Part shown: piece by piece, positions 1-10,705 of the stretch
Numbering within the stretch: the first letter of the stretch is position 1
How the letters are laid out: the number at the start of each line of letters is the position of its first letter
Origin: Lachnospiraceae bacterium
Lineage (GTDB): Bacteria > Bacillota > Clostridia > Lachnospirales > Lachnospiraceae
Assembly: GCA_028692275.1 (NCBI GenBank)
Contig: JAQUXR010000001.1
Coordinates: forward strand, 67,700 to 131,699
DNA length: 64,000 bases
Reading direction: 5' to 3'
Notes under the pieces: model-generated
The model's input: the letters and a program-made list of their open reading frames with translations, nothing else
Told to the model about the DNA's origin: nothing
The model's database searches: none
Made by a program: the position numbers and the translations under genes

Positions 1-17
1 TGTCAAGTATTTTTAGA

Positions 18-773
18 CTAAAAATGGTCTAAATATTCAATATTTACAAGGGTTAAGCCATGGTCCGGTGCTGTTGGACCGACAACAAGGCGTTCTTCAC
101 ATTCCAGACTTCGACAAATATCCTCTGCTGTCTTTTTGTGAAAACCGGCCTTTAAAAGTGCTCCAACTATAATTCGCACCATATTATAAAGAAATCCATT
201 TCCGGTAATCCGGAAATAAATCATATCATTCTTTTGAAATAACTGAACATCGGTAATGGTTCTCACCGTATCCGTCACTTTTGTCTTCATTGAACAAAAG
301 TTATGAAAGTCATGAGTCCCCAGAAGTTCTGACGCGGCCACCTTCATAGCCTCTACATCCAGTTTCTGAGGCACCCAGTAGCTGTTAAGACGCTCATTTG
401 GCAAGGAAACCCGACGGTTCAGTATGCGATATTCATAGGTTTTTAAAGTATTCTGATATCGGGGATGAAACTCTAAAGAAACTTCTTCAGCAGACTGAAT
501 TACAATATCCTTTGGAAGCCGCTGATTTAATGCAGGTACAAATCGTTCTGCCGGCCAAATCTTTGCCGTATCAAACACGGCCACCTGACCCAGTGCATGA
601 ACCCCTGAATCCGTCCTGCTTGCACCCGTAAGCATTATTTTTTCACCCGTGAGTGCTTCAATATGTTTTTGAAGCATTTCCTGTATAGACATACCGTTTG
701 GCTGTACCTGCCAGCCGCAGTAATTTGTTCCATCATAGGCAAGGGTAAGCTTAATTCTGCGCAATCCTTCCAT
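18..773 (-). CDS. truA: tRNA pseudouridine(38-40) synthase TruA
   Basis: 251-aa ORF with LAYDGTNYCGWQ and GASRTDSGVHA motifs. It is the last gene of the rplQ-ecfA1-ecfA2-ecfT-truA string typical of Firmicutes. Confidence 0.9.
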   Translation of the reverse strand: MEGLRRIKLTLAYDGTNYCGWQVQPNGMSIQEMLQKHIEALTGEKIMLTGASRTDSGVHALGQVAVFDTAKIWPAERFVPALNQRLPKDIVIQSAEEVSLEFHPRYQNTLKTYEYRILNRRVSLPNERLNSYWVPQKLDVEAMKVAASELLGTHDFHNFCSMKTKVTDTVRTITDVQLFQKNDMIYFRITGNGFLYNMVRIIVGALLKAGFHKKTAEDICRSLECEERLVVGPTAPDHGLTLVNIEYLDHF

Positions 774-800
774 TTTCAGCCTCCAAATCCCTATTCCTGC

Positions 801-1601
801 TTACAGCCATATTTTGACTGCTGCCCAGATAAGTATATAAACTAAAATAATAATATAAGCAACAACATCCCTCTTCTGATAAACCAAGGGTTTCATTTTT
901 GTCCGCCCTGCTCCGCCATGATAACATCTGGCTTCCATGGCCATCGCCAGATCATTTGCCCTGCGAATAGCTGAAATAAACAAAGGAACCAGAATCGGTA
1001 TCAGACTTTTCATCCTTTGAATCAAATGTCCACTTTCAAAATCTGCACACCTGGCCTGCTGAGCCTTCATAATCTTATCCGTTTCCTCCAGCAGTATCGG
1101 TATAAAACGCAATGCTATAGACATTGTCATTGATAATTCATGTACAGGAAAATGAAGCTTTTTCAAAGGGCTCAATGCCTTTTCAAGACCATCTGTCAAA
1201 TGATTTGGCGTCGTTGTCAATGTCATAATTGTCGAACCAATAATCAAATACATCAGACGAATTGCTGTTTTACCGGCAAGGAAAAGACCTTCCCATGTGA
1301 CTTTTAAAAATCCCCACCGGAAAATTTCTGTGCCCGGTGTAAGAAACACATTTAAAAGTACGGTAAAGAGCATCAGGATAAAGATTGCCCTTAGACCCTT
1401 AAGCATATATTTTAAAGGTACTTTAGAAAGCCATATAACCGCTCCCAAAGCCGCTGTTGCCAAAGCCAGTCCCAGCAAGTCATTAACAAAGAACACAGTG
1501 ACAATAAAGACCAGTGTTCCCAGCAATTTTACCCGCGGGTCCAATCGATGGATAATGGAATGGGCCGGATAATATTGTCCAATTGTAATATCTCTAATCA
1601 T
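801..1601 (-). CDS. ecfT: energy-coupling factor (ECF) transporter transmembrane subunit EcfT
   Basis: Polytopic membrane ORF downstream of two ECF ATPases. Track ORF trimmed to ATG 1601: GGAGG lies 7 nt upstream and there is an ATGA overlap with the ecfA2 stop. Confidence 0.85.
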   Translation of the reverse strand: MIRDITIGQYYPAHSIIHRLDPRVKLLGTLVFIVTVFFVNDLLGLALATAALGAVIWLSKVPLKYMLKGLRAIFILMLFTVLLNVFLTPGTEIFRWGFLKVTWEGLFLAGKTAIRLMYLIIGSTIMTLTTTPNHLTDGLEKALSPLKKLHFPVHELSMTMSIALRFIPILLEETDKIMKAQQARCADFESGHLIQRMKSLIPILVPLFISAIRRANDLAMAMEARCYHGGAGRTKMKPLVYQKRDVVAYIIILVYILIWAAVKIWL

Positions 1602-2452
1602 TTTTCTGCCTCCAGGCAATGTAATATATCCGCTTTCGCTTCTTCCACTGTTGTTGCATCTACCGGAAGTTCCGGGAAAATCTCACGAAGGCGATGCATG
1701 ACATAAGACACCTGCGGTGCTGCCAGGCCAACGCTCTCTAAAGCTTTTCCATTTTCAAATACTGATTTTGGAGTACCATCCATAAATACTTCGCCACGAT
1801 TCATTACAATAATCCGGTCCACATATTTTGCCACATCCTCCATACTATGGGAAACAAGAATAACCGTAATCCCCATTTTCTTATGAAGCAATGCAATCTG
1901 ATCCAGAATATCGTTACGACCCTTAGGATCTAAGCCTGCCGTTGGCTCATCCAGAATGAGCACCTGAGGCTCCATGGCCAGCACACCGGCAATAGCCACA
2001 CGCCGCTTCTGCCCGCCGGAAAGTTCAAAAGGTGACTTTTCATAGTCTTTCTCCGACATTCCAACCATCTCCAGGGCCTGCTTCGCCCGTGAAACAGCTT
2101 CTTCATCACTCAGTCCCAAATTTTTAGGTCCATAGCAGACATCCTTAAGCACTGTCATTTCAAAGAGCTGATGTTCCGGATACTGAAAAACAAGTCCCAC
2201 ATGGCTCCGCAATGAAATCATTTTATAATTTTCATCATAGATATTCTCATTATTATAGTAAATGACTCCACTTGTTGCTTTTAAAAGTCCGTTCAAATGT
2301 TGAATAAGCGTAGATTTTCCAGAACCTGTATGACCAATCAACCCGATGAATTCTCCATCCTGAATATTCAGATTAATATCTTTCAACGCCTGTTTACGAA
2401 AGGCATTATCCGGGCTGTATATATAATTAACATGATCTAATTGAATTCCCAT
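1598..2452 (-). CDS. ecfA2: ECF transporter ATPase subunit EcfA2
   Basis: ABC ATPase with Walker A GHTGSGKST, signature LSGGQKRR and Walker B LILDEPT. It is the second ATPase of the ecf operon. Confidence 0.9.
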   Translation of the reverse strand: MGIQLDHVNYIYSPDNAFRKQALKDINLNIQDGEFIGLIGHTGSGKSTLIQHLNGLLKATSGVIYYNNENIYDENYKMISLRSHVGLVFQYPEHQLFEMTVLKDVCYGPKNLGLSDEEAVSRAKQALEMVGMSEKDYEKSPFELSGGQKRRVAIAGVLAMEPQVLILDEPTAGLDPKGRNDILDQIALLHKKMGITVILVSHSMEDVAKYVDRIIVMNRGEVFMDGTPKSVFENGKALESVGLAAPQVSYVMHRLREIFPELPVDATTVEEAKADILHCLEAEK

Positions 2453-2459
2453 GACATCA

Positions 2460-3317
2460 TCACCTGTTCTTATGCCTTTCCAACGCCTTTACGAGCTCAT
2501 CTACGGTCAAAACGCCCTCAGGCACATCTATCCCTGCCTGCTTTAATTCATAGGCTAATTCGGTCACCTGAGGCACATCCAAGCGTAATTGTTTCAAATA
2601 CTCCACCTGACTGAAGACTTCCCGTGGTGTACCCGACAATACGATTTTTCCGTCATCCATGACATAGACCTTGTCTGCATGAACAACTTCATCCATATAA
2701 TGAGTAATCAGGATAACTGTAACCTTCTTTTCCCGATTCAATTCACGAATTGTTTCAATGACCTCTTTACGTCCGCTTGGATCCAGCATAGCCGTTGGCT
2801 CATCCAGAACAATACATTCCGGTTCCATCGCCATAACGCCTGCAATAGCAACGCGTTGCTTTTGTCCTCCGGATAACTTGTTTGGAGAGTGCTGACTGTA
2901 TTCCAGCATTCCTACCGCTTTCAGACTGTTCTGCACTCTGTGCCAGATATCTTTCGTAGGTACACCGATATTCTCAGGTCCGAATCCCACATCCTCCTCA
3001 ACCAAACTTGCGATAATCTGATTGTCCGGATTCTGGAAGACCATTCCTGCAGACTGACGTATCTTCCATACATTCTTAGCATCCTTTGTATCCATATCCT
3101 TTACCCACAGAGTCCCCCCTGTCGGCACAAGCAGGGCATTAATCTGTTTTGCCAAAGTAGACTTTCCTGAACCATTATGGCCGAGCACAGCAATAAACTG
3201 TCCGGCTTCCACATCTAAGTCGACACCCGAAACAGCATGAATGACATTTTCTACTTCATCATGTTCATCCTTTGTCACATAATCGTAAAACAATTTTGCG
3301 GCTTTTATAATCCCCAT
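2460..3317 (-). CDS. ecfA1: ECF transporter ATPase subunit EcfA1
   Basis: ABC ATPase with Walker [10 protein letters not shown], signature LSGGQKQR and Walker B IVLDEPT. It is the first ATPase after rplQ. Confidence 0.9.
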   Translation of the reverse strand: MGIIKAAKLFYDYVTKDEHDEVENVIHAVSGVDLDVEAGQFIAVLGHNGSGKSTLAKQINALLVPTGGTLWVKDMDTKDAKNVWKIRQSAGMVFQNPDNQIIASLVEEDVGFGPENIGVPTKDIWHRVQNSLKAVGMLEYSQHSPNKLSGGQKQRVAIAGVMAMEPECIVLDEPTAMLDPSGRKEVIETIRELNREKKVTVILITHYMDEVVHADKVYVMDDGKIVLSGTPREVFSQVEYLKQLRLDVPQVTELAYELKQAGIDVPEGVLTVDELVKALERHKNR

Positions 3318-3334
3318 AAATGTTCCTCAATTCT

Positions 3335-3366
3335 AAAAAACACAGGTGGAATTCACCTGTGTTTTT
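3335..3366. terminator. intrinsic terminator after rplQ (symmetric, A-run/T-run on both sides)
   Basis: aaaaaa-CACAGGTG-gaatt-CACCTGTG-ttttt lies between the rplQ stop (3397) and the ecfA1 start (3317). Confidence 0.7.
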
Positions 3367-3396
3367 CAATTTCTATTCAACTCAACGTTTTTCGAA

Positions 3397-3921
3397 TTAT
3401 ACTAACTCAATAAGTACTTCCATTGCTGCATCACCTTTACGCTGACCGATTTTAACGATACGTGTATATCCACCGTTACGATCTGCATATTTAGGAGCAA
3501 TTTCAGTAAATAATTTATCTGTTAAATCTACTTTCTTAGTAGCAGCTTTTTTACCAGCAGCTTCTTCTGGAACATCAGTTACAGAATAAAGTACCTTTAA
3601 CATCTGTCTTCTAGCATGTAAACGGGATGAGTTGTCTTTTTTGATTGTTTTTTCAACAGTATCAAATACAACCTTTCCATCCTCTTTTACTCTTTTGCCA
3701 TCTTTATCTTTACGAGCAACCTTTGCCTGTACAGTTACTGTTTCGAAGTTATCCTTCTCTTTAACAGCAAGAGCAATCAGACCTTCGGCGATTCTGCGAA
3801 TTTCTTTAGCTTTAGCTTCAGTAGTACGGATTTTACCATTGTTAAGTAAAGCTGTAACCTGATTTCTAAGCAAAGCTTTTCTCTGATTGGAAGTTCTTCC
3901 AAGTTTTCTATATCCAGCCAT
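3397..3921 (-). CDS. rplQ: 50S ribosomal protein L17 (extended form, 174 aa)
   Basis: N-terminus [20 protein letters not shown] and C-terminus [25 protein letters not shown]. It follows rpoA. Confidence 0.95.
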   Translation of the reverse strand: MAGYRKLGRTSNQRKALLRNQVTALLNNGKIRTTEAKAKEIRRIAEGLIALAVKEKDNFETVTVQAKVARKDKDGKRVKEDGKVVFDTVEKTIKKDNSSRLHARRQMLKVLYSVTDVPEEAAGKKAATKKVDLTDKLFTEIAPKYADRNGGYTRIVKIGQRKGDAAMEVLIELV

Positions 3922-3956
3922 GATTTAGCCTCCTCCTTATATTCTTTATACAGCGA

Positions 3957-4916
3957 TTATTCGTCGCTTGGATTTAATTGAAGGCCCAGTTCTTTCAACT
4001 TAGCAAGAACTTCTTCCAAAGATTTCCGTCCAAGATTACGAACCTTCATCATATCCTCTGCAGTTCTGTTCGTCAGTTCTTCAACTGTGTTAATTCCTGC
4101 TCTCTTCAAGCAGTTATAAGAACGAACAGACAACTCTAATTCATCAATATTCATTTCAAGAACTTTTTCTTTTTCATTATCTTCTTTTTCTACCATAACT
4201 TCTGCAGTTTTAGCATTTTCAGAAAGGTCAATGAAAAGATTTAAATGTTCACTCAAGACTTTTGCAGCCAAGCTGACCGCTTCATCTGGACCTAATGTAC
4301 CATTGGTAAATACGTCGAGTGTAAGTTTGTCAAAGTCTGTAATCTGACCTACACGTGTATTCTCTACATTCATATTCACTCTCTTTACCGGAGTGTAAAT
4401 AGAATCGATAGGGATAACGCCGATTGGCAAGTCATCATTCTTGTTCTTATCAGAACTTACATATCCACGACCTTTGGTAATTGTTAACTCTACATATAAT
4501 TTACAGTCTGTACCGCCACTTAATGTAGCAATAACCTGGTCTTTGTTTAAGATTTCAATATCCGGATCAACCTGAATATCTGCTGCCGTTACTACGCCTT
4601 CACCTTCGTACTCAATGTAAGCAACTTTAGGCTCCGATGTTGTGCTTGTATTCTTGATTGAAAGATTTTTGATATTCATAATAATTTCGGTGACATCTTC
4701 CTTAACTCCAGGAATAGCACTGAATTCATGTACGACACCGTCAATTTTAACCTGGCTCACTGCGGAACCTGGCAGAGAAGAAAGCATAATTCTTCTCAAA
4801 GAATTACCAAGTGTAATACCATATCCTCTTTCCAGAGGTTCTACGACAAAACGTCCGTATTTATTATCTTCAGAAATCTCTGCAATCTCAATTTTCGGTT
4901 TTTCAAAATCAAACAC
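3957..4916 (-). CDS. rpoA: DNA-directed RNA polymerase subunit alpha
   Basis: 319 aa, starting [33 protein letters not shown], with a C-terminal helix-hairpin-helix CTD. Position is rpsD-rpoA-rplQ. Confidence 0.95.
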   Translation of the reverse strand: MFDFEKPKIEIAEISEDNKYGRFVVEPLERGYGITLGNSLRRIMLSSLPGSAVSQVKIDGVVHEFSAIPGVKEDVTEIIMNIKNLSIKNTSTTSEPKVAYIEYEGEGVVTAADIQVDPDIEILNKDQVIATLSGGTDCKLYVELTITKGRGYVSSDKNKNDDLPIGVIPIDSIYTPVKRVNMNVENTRVGQITDFDKLTLDVFTNGTLGPDEAVSLAAKVLSEHLNLFIDLSENAKTAEVMVEKEDNEKEKVLEMNIDELELSVRSYNCLKRAGINTVEELTNRTAEDMMKVRNLGRKSLEEVLAKLKELGLQLNPSDE

Positions 4917-4982
4917 TATATTAGCCCTCCTTTAATGGGTTAGGTTTCTTTGAGGGTAACAATCCGCTTTATTTAAAAGCTA

Positions 4983-5576
4983 TTATTTAGAATACAATTC
5001 GACGATAAGCATTTCGTTTACCGGAACATCAATCTGTTCTCTGATTGGAAGAGCTTTTACTGTACCAGAAAGGTTTTCCTGATCTGCTTCAAGCCATTCC
5101 GGAACAAGTCTTGCACCTGTCACCTCTAAAATATCTTTATATCTCTGAGATCCTTTGGATTTTTCTCTGATTTCAACAACATCTCCTGCTTTTACCTGAT
5201 AAGAAGGAATATTTACTCTCTTACCATTAACAAGAACGTGCTTATGTCCAACGATCTGTCTTGCTTCTTTACGAGTTCTTGCAAAACCGAGACGATAGAT
5301 AACGTTATCTAATCTGCACTCAAGTAAAACCATCAGGTTTTCACCAGATGTGCCTTTCATTTTGCTAGCCTTTGCAAAGTAGTTTCTGAAAGGTTTTTCC
5401 AGAACACCATAAATAAATTTAGCTTTCTGTTTTTCAGTAAGCTGCTGGCCATATTCACTCTTTTTTCTATTTCCTCTAATAGACTGTCTATTAGATTTTT
5501 TATCAACACCCAGATAAATTGGGTCGAGACCAAGACTTCTACATCTCTTTAATACTGGAACCATATCTCTAGCCAT
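4983..5576 (-). CDS. rpsD: 30S ribosomal protein S4
   Basis: 197 aa with an S4 N-terminal region and an S4 RNA-binding domain ([19 protein letters not shown]). It sits in the alpha operon. Confidence 0.95.
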   Translation of the reverse strand: MARDMVPVLKRCRSLGLDPIYLGVDKKSNRQSIRGNRKKSEYGQQLTEKQKAKFIYGVLEKPFRNYFAKASKMKGTSGENLMVLLECRLDNVIYRLGFARTRKEARQIVGHKHVLVNGKRVNIPSYQVKAGDVVEIREKSKGSQRYKDILEVTGARLVPEWLEADQENLSGTVKALPIREQIDVPVNEMLIVELYSK

Positions 5577-5594
5577 ATCTAATTTACCCTCCTA

Positions 5595-5990
5595 TTAGAC
5601 TCTTCTTCTTTTTGGTGGACGACATCCATTATGTGGAACTGGTGTAACATCTTTGATGCTTGTTACTTCGATACCGCAAGCCTGAAGTGCACGAATAGCT
5701 GCTTCACGACCTGAACCAGGACCTTTTACCATAACTTCAACGGATTTTAATCCATAAATGGACGCAGCTTTAGCTGCAGTTTCAGCTGCCATCTGAGCAG
5801 CATACGGTGTGGACTTTCTGGAACCTCTAAATCCCAATCCGCCGGCACTAGCCCAAGAAAGAGCATTACCTTCGGAATCTGTTAATGTAACGATTGTATT
5901 ATTAAAAGATGACTGAATATGTGCCTGTCCACGCTCAACGTTCTTTTTAACACGTCTTTTAGTCACTTTTTTTGTAACTTTTTTAGCCAT
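5595..5990 (-). CDS. rpsK: 30S ribosomal protein S11
   Basis: 131 aa containing [18 protein letters not shown] and ending [13 protein letters not shown]. Confidence 0.95.
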   Translation of the reverse strand: MAKKVTKKVTKRRVKKNVERGQAHIQSSFNNTIVTLTDSEGNALSWASAGGLGFRGSRKSTPYAAQMAAETAAKAASIYGLKSVEVMVKGPGSGREAAIRALQACGIEVTSIKDVTPVPHNGCRPPKRRRV

Positions 5991-6018
5991 TGAACCAAAC
6001 CTCCTATTAGGTTATTTA

Positions 6019-6387
6019 TTACTTTTTCTTATTTGCTACTGTTCTCTTCGGACCTTTACGTGTTCTAGCGTTAGTCTTTGTTTTCTGACCACGAACTGGA
6101 AGTCCTTTTCTATGACGGATACCTCTATAGCATCCGATTTCCTGTAATCTCTTGATATTCATAGCGATTTCACGACGTAAATCACCTTCTACTGTCTGTG
6201 TAGCATCGATGACATCACGAATTCTTCCGACTTCTTCGTCAGTTAAATCTCTTACACGTGTATCTGGATTAATGTTAGCTTCTTTAAGGATACGATTTGC
6301 GCTTACTCTACCGATTCCGTAGATGTAAGTGAGACCGATCTCGACACGTTTTTCTCTTGGTAAATCTACACCACTAATACGAGCCAT
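6019..6387 (-). CDS. rpsM: 30S ribosomal protein S13
   Basis: 122 aa starting [26 protein letters not shown]. Confidence 0.95.
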   Translation of the reverse strand: MARISGVDLPREKRVEIGLTYIYGIGRVSANRILKEANINPDTRVRDLTDEEVGRIRDVIDATQTVEGDLRREIAMNIKRLQEIGCYRGIRHRKGLPVRGQKTKTNARTRKGPKRTVANKKK

Positions 6388-6684
6388 GTAATTACACCTC
6401 CACTGGTTCTTTCTTTAAAATTAATAATCAATATTTTTACAATGTCATCATCTACTTGACCAAAGACGTGACAATAGGCAGGCTCAGGCCCTGCTCTTTA
6501 AATCTCATTTATTTAATAGCAATTACAACACACCCTGGTGTTGCATCGCTGCAGCCGCATACATATTTCTGACTCCTGAGGCCAGAAAATTCGTTTTTTC
6601 ACACCCAGGTCCACTGTATTAACCGCAGTCTTCATCCTGGGATACCCAAAACGGGTACAACAAAACACAAGCCTAACTATAATA

Positions 6685-6798
6685 TTAGCCCTGTCTCTGT
6701 TTGTGTTTAGGATTTTCACAGATTACTCTAATACTGCCTTTTCTCTTAATGACTTTGCATTTTTCGCAAATAGGCTTTACTGATGATCTTACCTTCAT
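6685..6798 (-). CDS. rpmJ: 50S ribosomal protein L36
   Basis: Below the ORF-track cutoff, so translated by hand: ATG 6798 to TAA 6685 gives [37 protein letters not shown]. It lies between infA and rpsM. Confidence 0.92.
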   Translation of the reverse strand: MKVRSSVKPICEKCKVIKRKGSIRVICENPKHKQRQG

Positions 6799-6869
6799 TA
6801 GAAATCTCTCCTTTCAAAACGTTCACGAACAATTATAGCATCCCACAATATGACACGTCAAGTAATTTT

Positions 6870-7088
6870 TTACTTATCTCTCCAGATGATTCTTCCTTTT
6901 GTCAAATCATAGGGAGATAATTCAATCGTTACTTTGTCCCCTGGCAAAATACGTATAAAATTCATACGAAGCTTTCCGCTGATGTGGGCTAAAACCCGGT
7001 GTCCATTTTCCAATTCCACCTGAAACATCGCATTTGGCAGCTTCTCAACAACAGTTCCTTCAACTTCAATAACATCTGTTTTTGACAT
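6870..7088 (-). CDS. infA: translation initiation factor IF-1
   Basis: 72 aa starting [47 protein letters not shown]. Confidence 0.95.
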   Translation of the reverse strand: MSKTDVIEVEGTVVEKLPNAMFQVELENGHRVLAHISGKLRMNFIRILPGDKVTIELSPYDLTKGRIIWRDK

Positions 7089-7100
7089 ATTAGCCTCCTA

Positions 7101-7391
7101 TTACCTTAACTTCTCTTCAAAAAGCTGAATGGCTTTACAAATATCTTCATTTTCTAACGGATACTCATTTTTTAACTTGGCATCGATTTCCGGGTCTATG
7201 TAATTCATCCGGCGTACATGTCGAATATTTTTCTTCTTCGGTTTTTCTACAGTTTTTCTTACACCATCCGCAAGGAACAGCGTTTCTTCCTGAACCTCCA
7301 AAACAATATACATTTTTCCCTGGTCATGACCGGCATCCGACAAAATTATTTGTCCTGGATGAAATCGATTCACATCTCTCTTCTTTGCCAT
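7101..7391 (-). CDS. KOW-domain RNA-binding protein (small map-infA linked protein of Firmicutes)
   Basis: 96 aa after trimming to ATG 7391 (AGGTGA 5 nt upstream). KOW-like core GQIILSDAGHDQGKMYIVL. It occupies the conserved slot between map and infA. Confidence 0.75.
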   Translation of the reverse strand: MAKKRDVNRFHPGQIILSDAGHDQGKMYIVLEVQEETLFLADGVRKTVEKPKKKNIRHVRRMNYIDPEIDAKLKNEYPLENEDICKAIQLFEEKLR

Positions 7392-7420
7392 CGTTATCAC
7401 CTGCTGTTTCATTTTTCAAT

Positions 7421-8173
7421 TTATTGTAATGTTAAAATTTCACAGCTATCTTTTGTAACTAAAATAGTATTTTCATAATGTGCGGATAATTTCCCATCTG
7501 CGGTAACCACAGTCCAGTCATCATCCAGCCATTCCACCTCGTATACGCCCTGATTAATCATTGGCTCAATTGCGAGAGTCATACCCGCCTGAAGCTTCAG
7601 GCCTCTGCCTCTTGGTTTGAAATTAGGTATCTGCGGGTCCTCATGAAGGTGGGTTCCGATTCCATGTCCGACTAAATCACGGACAATAGAATATCCAAAG
7701 CCTTCTGCATAATCCTGAATTGCCTTGGAAATCTCATAGAGATGATTTCCTTCTTTGGCAAATTTTATACCTTCAAAGAAACTTTGTTTTGTTACATCAA
7801 TTAGTCGCTGAGCTTCTTCAGAAATTTCTCCGACTCCCCATGTTCGTGCTGCATCGGAATGATATCCTTTATAAATAAGTCCACAGTCAAGGCTGATAAT
7901 ATCGCCTTCCTGAAGGATTCTTTTTTTAGAAGGAATTCCGTGTACAACTTCATCGTTTACCGATGTACATATCGATGCCGGATATCCGTTATAATTCAGG
8001 AAATTCGGAATACATCCGAAATCCCGGATAATCGTCTCACCAAGATGGTCAATATCCCAGGTAGACATTCCCGGTTTGATTTCTTTGTGAAGCTCTTCAT
8101 GCATTATTGCCAAAAGCCTTCCGGCTTCCCGCATCAATCCAATTTCATGTTCTGACTTGATTGTAACTGACAT
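7421..8173 (-). CDS. map: type I methionine aminopeptidase
   Basis: 250 aa with a pita-bread metalloprotease pattern (DCGLIYKGYHSD, GHGIGTHLHE, LAIEP). Position is adk-map-infA. Confidence 0.93.
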   Translation of the reverse strand: MSVTIKSEHEIGLMREAGRLLAIMHEELHKEIKPGMSTWDIDHLGETIIRDFGCIPNFLNYNGYPASICTSVNDEVVHGIPSKKRILQEGDIISLDCGLIYKGYHSDAARTWGVGEISEEAQRLIDVTKQSFFEGIKFAKEGNHLYEISKAIQDYAEGFGYSIVRDLVGHGIGTHLHEDPQIPNFKPRGRGLKLQAGMTLAIEPMINQGVYEVEWLDDDWTVVTADGKLSAHYENTILVTKDSCEILTLQ

Positions 8174-8174
8174 A

Positions 8175-8819
8175 TTATACTCCTAAAATTTTCTGAATAT
8201 CACTAAAGACTTCATCCATTGTCTGAGTTCCGTCGATGGTGTGCATAATGCCTTTTTCGGCGTAATAGTCAATTAACGGTTTCGTCTGTTCATGATAAAC
8301 ATTGAGACGATTCGTAACCGTTTCCGGTTTGTCATCATCTCTGAGGATAAGCTCTTCTCCGCAAATGTCACAGATACCTTCAACCTTTGGTGGATTGAAC
8401 TCCACATGGTAAGTTGCTCCACATCCAACACAAGCTCTGCGGCCAGCCATCCTACGAATTATATTTTCATCTGGAACATCGATATTTAACGCATATTCCA
8501 TCTTTTGTTCGATAGCATTCAGGGCATCTGTTAAGGCTTCAGCCTGAGGAATTGTCCTCGGGAAACCGTCTAAGATAAACCCATTGGTACAGTCATCTTG
8601 TTGAATTCGATCAACAACGAGATCACAGACTAATTCATCCGGAACAAGAAGACCTTCATCCATGTAAGTCTTTGCTTTTTTACCAAGCTCTGTTCCCTGT
8701 TTAATATTAGCTCTGAAAATATCTCCAGTTGATATATGTGGAATCTTGCACAAATCGGCAATTTTTTTTGCCTGAGTACCCTTACCGGCACCAGGTGCAC
8801 CTAACATAATTATTTTCAT
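8175..8819 (-). CDS. adk: adenylate kinase
   Basis: P-loop GAPGAGKGT and a zinc-lid CVGCG..CDICG. It follows secY. Confidence 0.95.
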   Translation of the reverse strand: MKIIMLGAPGAGKGTQAKKIADLCKIPHISTGDIFRANIKQGTELGKKAKTYMDEGLLVPDELVCDLVVDRIQQDDCTNGFILDGFPRTIPQAEALTDALNAIEQKMEYALNIDVPDENIIRRMAGRRACVGCGATYHVEFNPPKVEGICDICGEELILRDDDKPETVTNRLNVYHEQTKPLIDYYAEKGIMHTIDGTQTMDEVFSDIQKILGV

Positions 8820-8929
8820 AAATAATTATCCTCCAATCATATGTCCAACATCTTCTGATGGTTCATAATACAGAATGTCCGGTGGGAACGAATCCCATCC
8901 GGTTTTAGACATCCTGTGTATCAGACCTG

Positions 8930-10243
8930 TTAGTCATTTAAAAATCCCTTATAATGTCTTACGATCATTAAGGACTCAATCTGTTTTAATGTTTCCAGCA
9001 CAACGCCTACAATAATGATTAAGGACGTTCCACCGAAGGATACATTGACTCCGAATACACCCGCAAAGAAAATAGGAATAATCGCTACAATGATTAAGCC
9101 TACAGCACCGATAAATACGATGTTATTTAAAATCTTATTTAAGTGTTCGGAAGTTGGTTTTCCGGGACGGATTCCCGGAATAAAGCCGCCCTGCTTTTTC
9201 ATATTATCTGCAACTTCCAATGGATTGAAAGTAATAGATGTATAGAAATAAGCAAAAAAGACAACTAAAACGATGTAAATCAGCAAACCAACAGAATAAA
9301 CCGGCTGTGCAGGACTGCACCAGTTTGAACTACTCAGCACTGCTAAAATAGTTCCCGGAATTCCTGTAGGTGTCTTGCCAAGGAATCCAACAATGATTCC
9401 CGGAAGAGACATAATTGATGAAGCAAAGATAATTGGGATAACACCTGCGGTGTTAACTTTTAACGGAATACTTGATGTACTTCCTCCAACCAGTTTACGT
9501 CCAACAACCTTCTTGGAATACTGTACAGGAATACGGCGTTCACCATCCTGCAGATAAATAACAAATACAACGATAAATAAAATAACAGCAAGAATAATGA
9601 TTACTGCAAGTCCAGCCTGAACAACATTTTTTCCACCCATAAAACGATCATACAAAAGTTTGAAGTCGCTTGGGATTGAGGAAATAATGTTAATTAACAG
9701 GATAATGGAAATACCATTGCCCACGCCTCGCTCTGTAATTCTCTCGCCCATCCACATTAATAAAGATGAACCAGCTGTCAGAGCAGCCATAACCATGATA
9801 ACGTCCAATGGACTGTTATGCATTAAATTGCCGCCGCGATAAAAGCCAAAACCCATTGCGAAGCCTTCAATAAGTGCTAAAGCAATGGTTAAGTATCTCG
9901 TATATTCGCGGATTTTTTTTCTTCCATCTTCGCCGTCCTTCTGCATCTCCTCAAGTTTCGGAATTGCAATGGTCATCAGCTGCATGATGATGGAAGATGT
10001 AATGTATGGTGTAATGCTCAGAGCAAATACTGACATCTGAGTAAAGGAACCACCAGTCATTGCATCAAAGAAATCAAATGCCCCGCCGCTTTGTGCAGCA
10101 AACCAGGCTGTAAACACATCCCGGCTGACGCCTGGGATTGGAAGCTGTGCTCCCAATCTCACGACAACCAGTATAAATAACGTGAAGAAAATTCGATTTC
10201 TGATGTCTTTAATCTTAAATGCGTTCTTTAAGGTTGTAAGCAT
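8930..10243 (-). CDS. secY: preprotein translocase subunit SecY
   Basis: 437-aa polytopic protein at the end of the spc operon. TAATG overlap with the rplO stop. Confidence 0.95.
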   Translation of the reverse strand: MLTTLKNAFKIKDIRNRIFFTLFILVVVRLGAQLPIPGVSRDVFTAWFAAQSGGAFDFFDAMTGGSFTQMSVFALSITPYITSSIIMQLMTIAIPKLEEMQKDGEDGRKKIREYTRYLTIALALIEGFAMGFGFYRGGNLMHNSPLDVIMVMAALTAGSSLLMWMGERITERGVGNGISIILLINIISSIPSDFKLLYDRFMGGKNVVQAGLAVIIILAVILFIVVFVIYLQDGERRIPVQYSKKVVGRKLVGGSTSSIPLKVNTAGVIPIIFASSIMSLPGIIVGFLGKTPTGIPGTILAVLSSSNWCSPAQPVYSVGLLIYIVLVVFFAYFYTSITFNPLEVADNMKKQGGFIPGIRPGKPTSEHLNKILNNIVFIGAVGLIIVAIIPIFFAGVFGVNVSFGGTSLIIIVGVVLETLKQIESLMIVRHYKGFLND

Positions 10244-10683
10244 TAGATCACCTCTACTGTTCCACCTAAAGCTTTAATTTTTTCTTCGGCCCCTGCGCTG
10301 AAAGCGTTAACTTTAACAGTCAATTTCTTTGTAAGCTCACCGTTACCGAGAATCTTTACGCCATCCTTAGGGTTTTTGATAACTCCTGCTTCAACTAATG
10401 TTGCAACAGTAACTTCTGTGTCATTATCAAAACGATTTAATACGTCAACATTGATACCAACGATTTCAAGGGAGTTTCTGTTAGTGAAACCTCTCTTAGG
10501 AATTCGTCTGTATAATGGCATCTGACCACCTTCAAAGCCTGGTCTAGGTGCTCCTGAACGAGCCTTCTGACCTTTATGACCTTTACCAGCTGTTTTACCA
10601 TTTCCTGAACCATGTCCACGGCCTCTTCTGAAGTTATCACTATGCTTAGAACCTTCTGCTGGTCTTAATTCTGATAAATTCAT
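10243..10683 (-). CDS. rplO: 50S ribosomal protein L15
   Basis: 146 aa with a Gly/Lys-rich N-terminus ([24 protein letters not shown]). Confidence 0.95.
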   Translation of the reverse strand: MNLSELRPAEGSKHSDNFRRGRGHGSGNGKTAGKGHKGQKARSGAPRPGFEGGQMPLYRRIPKRGFTNRNSLEIVGINVDVLNRFDNDTEVTVATLVEAGVIKNPKDGVKILGNGELTKKLTVKVNAFSAGAEEKIKALGGTVEVI

Positions 10684-10705
10684 ACGTGCACCTCCTTACT
10701 GTCTA

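Noticed and set aside
6513-6719. 68-aa minus-strand ORF in the rpmJ-rpsM spacer. An internal AUG would give a 40-aa Cys-rich peptide, MKTAVNTVDLGVKKRIFWPQESEICMRLQRCNTRVCCNCY.
   Set aside because: The long form starts inside rpmJ in another frame. The internal AUG has no SD (preceded by cccagg). The region is better explained as structured RNA. Ribosome profiling or conservation of the frame in relatives could revive it.
10437-10640. Same-strand alternative-frame ORFs inside ribosomal protein genes (10437-10640, 11813-12010, 18203-18445).
   Set aside because: They are fully nested in rplO, rplF and rplD in other frames. They have no SD and no recognisable sequence.
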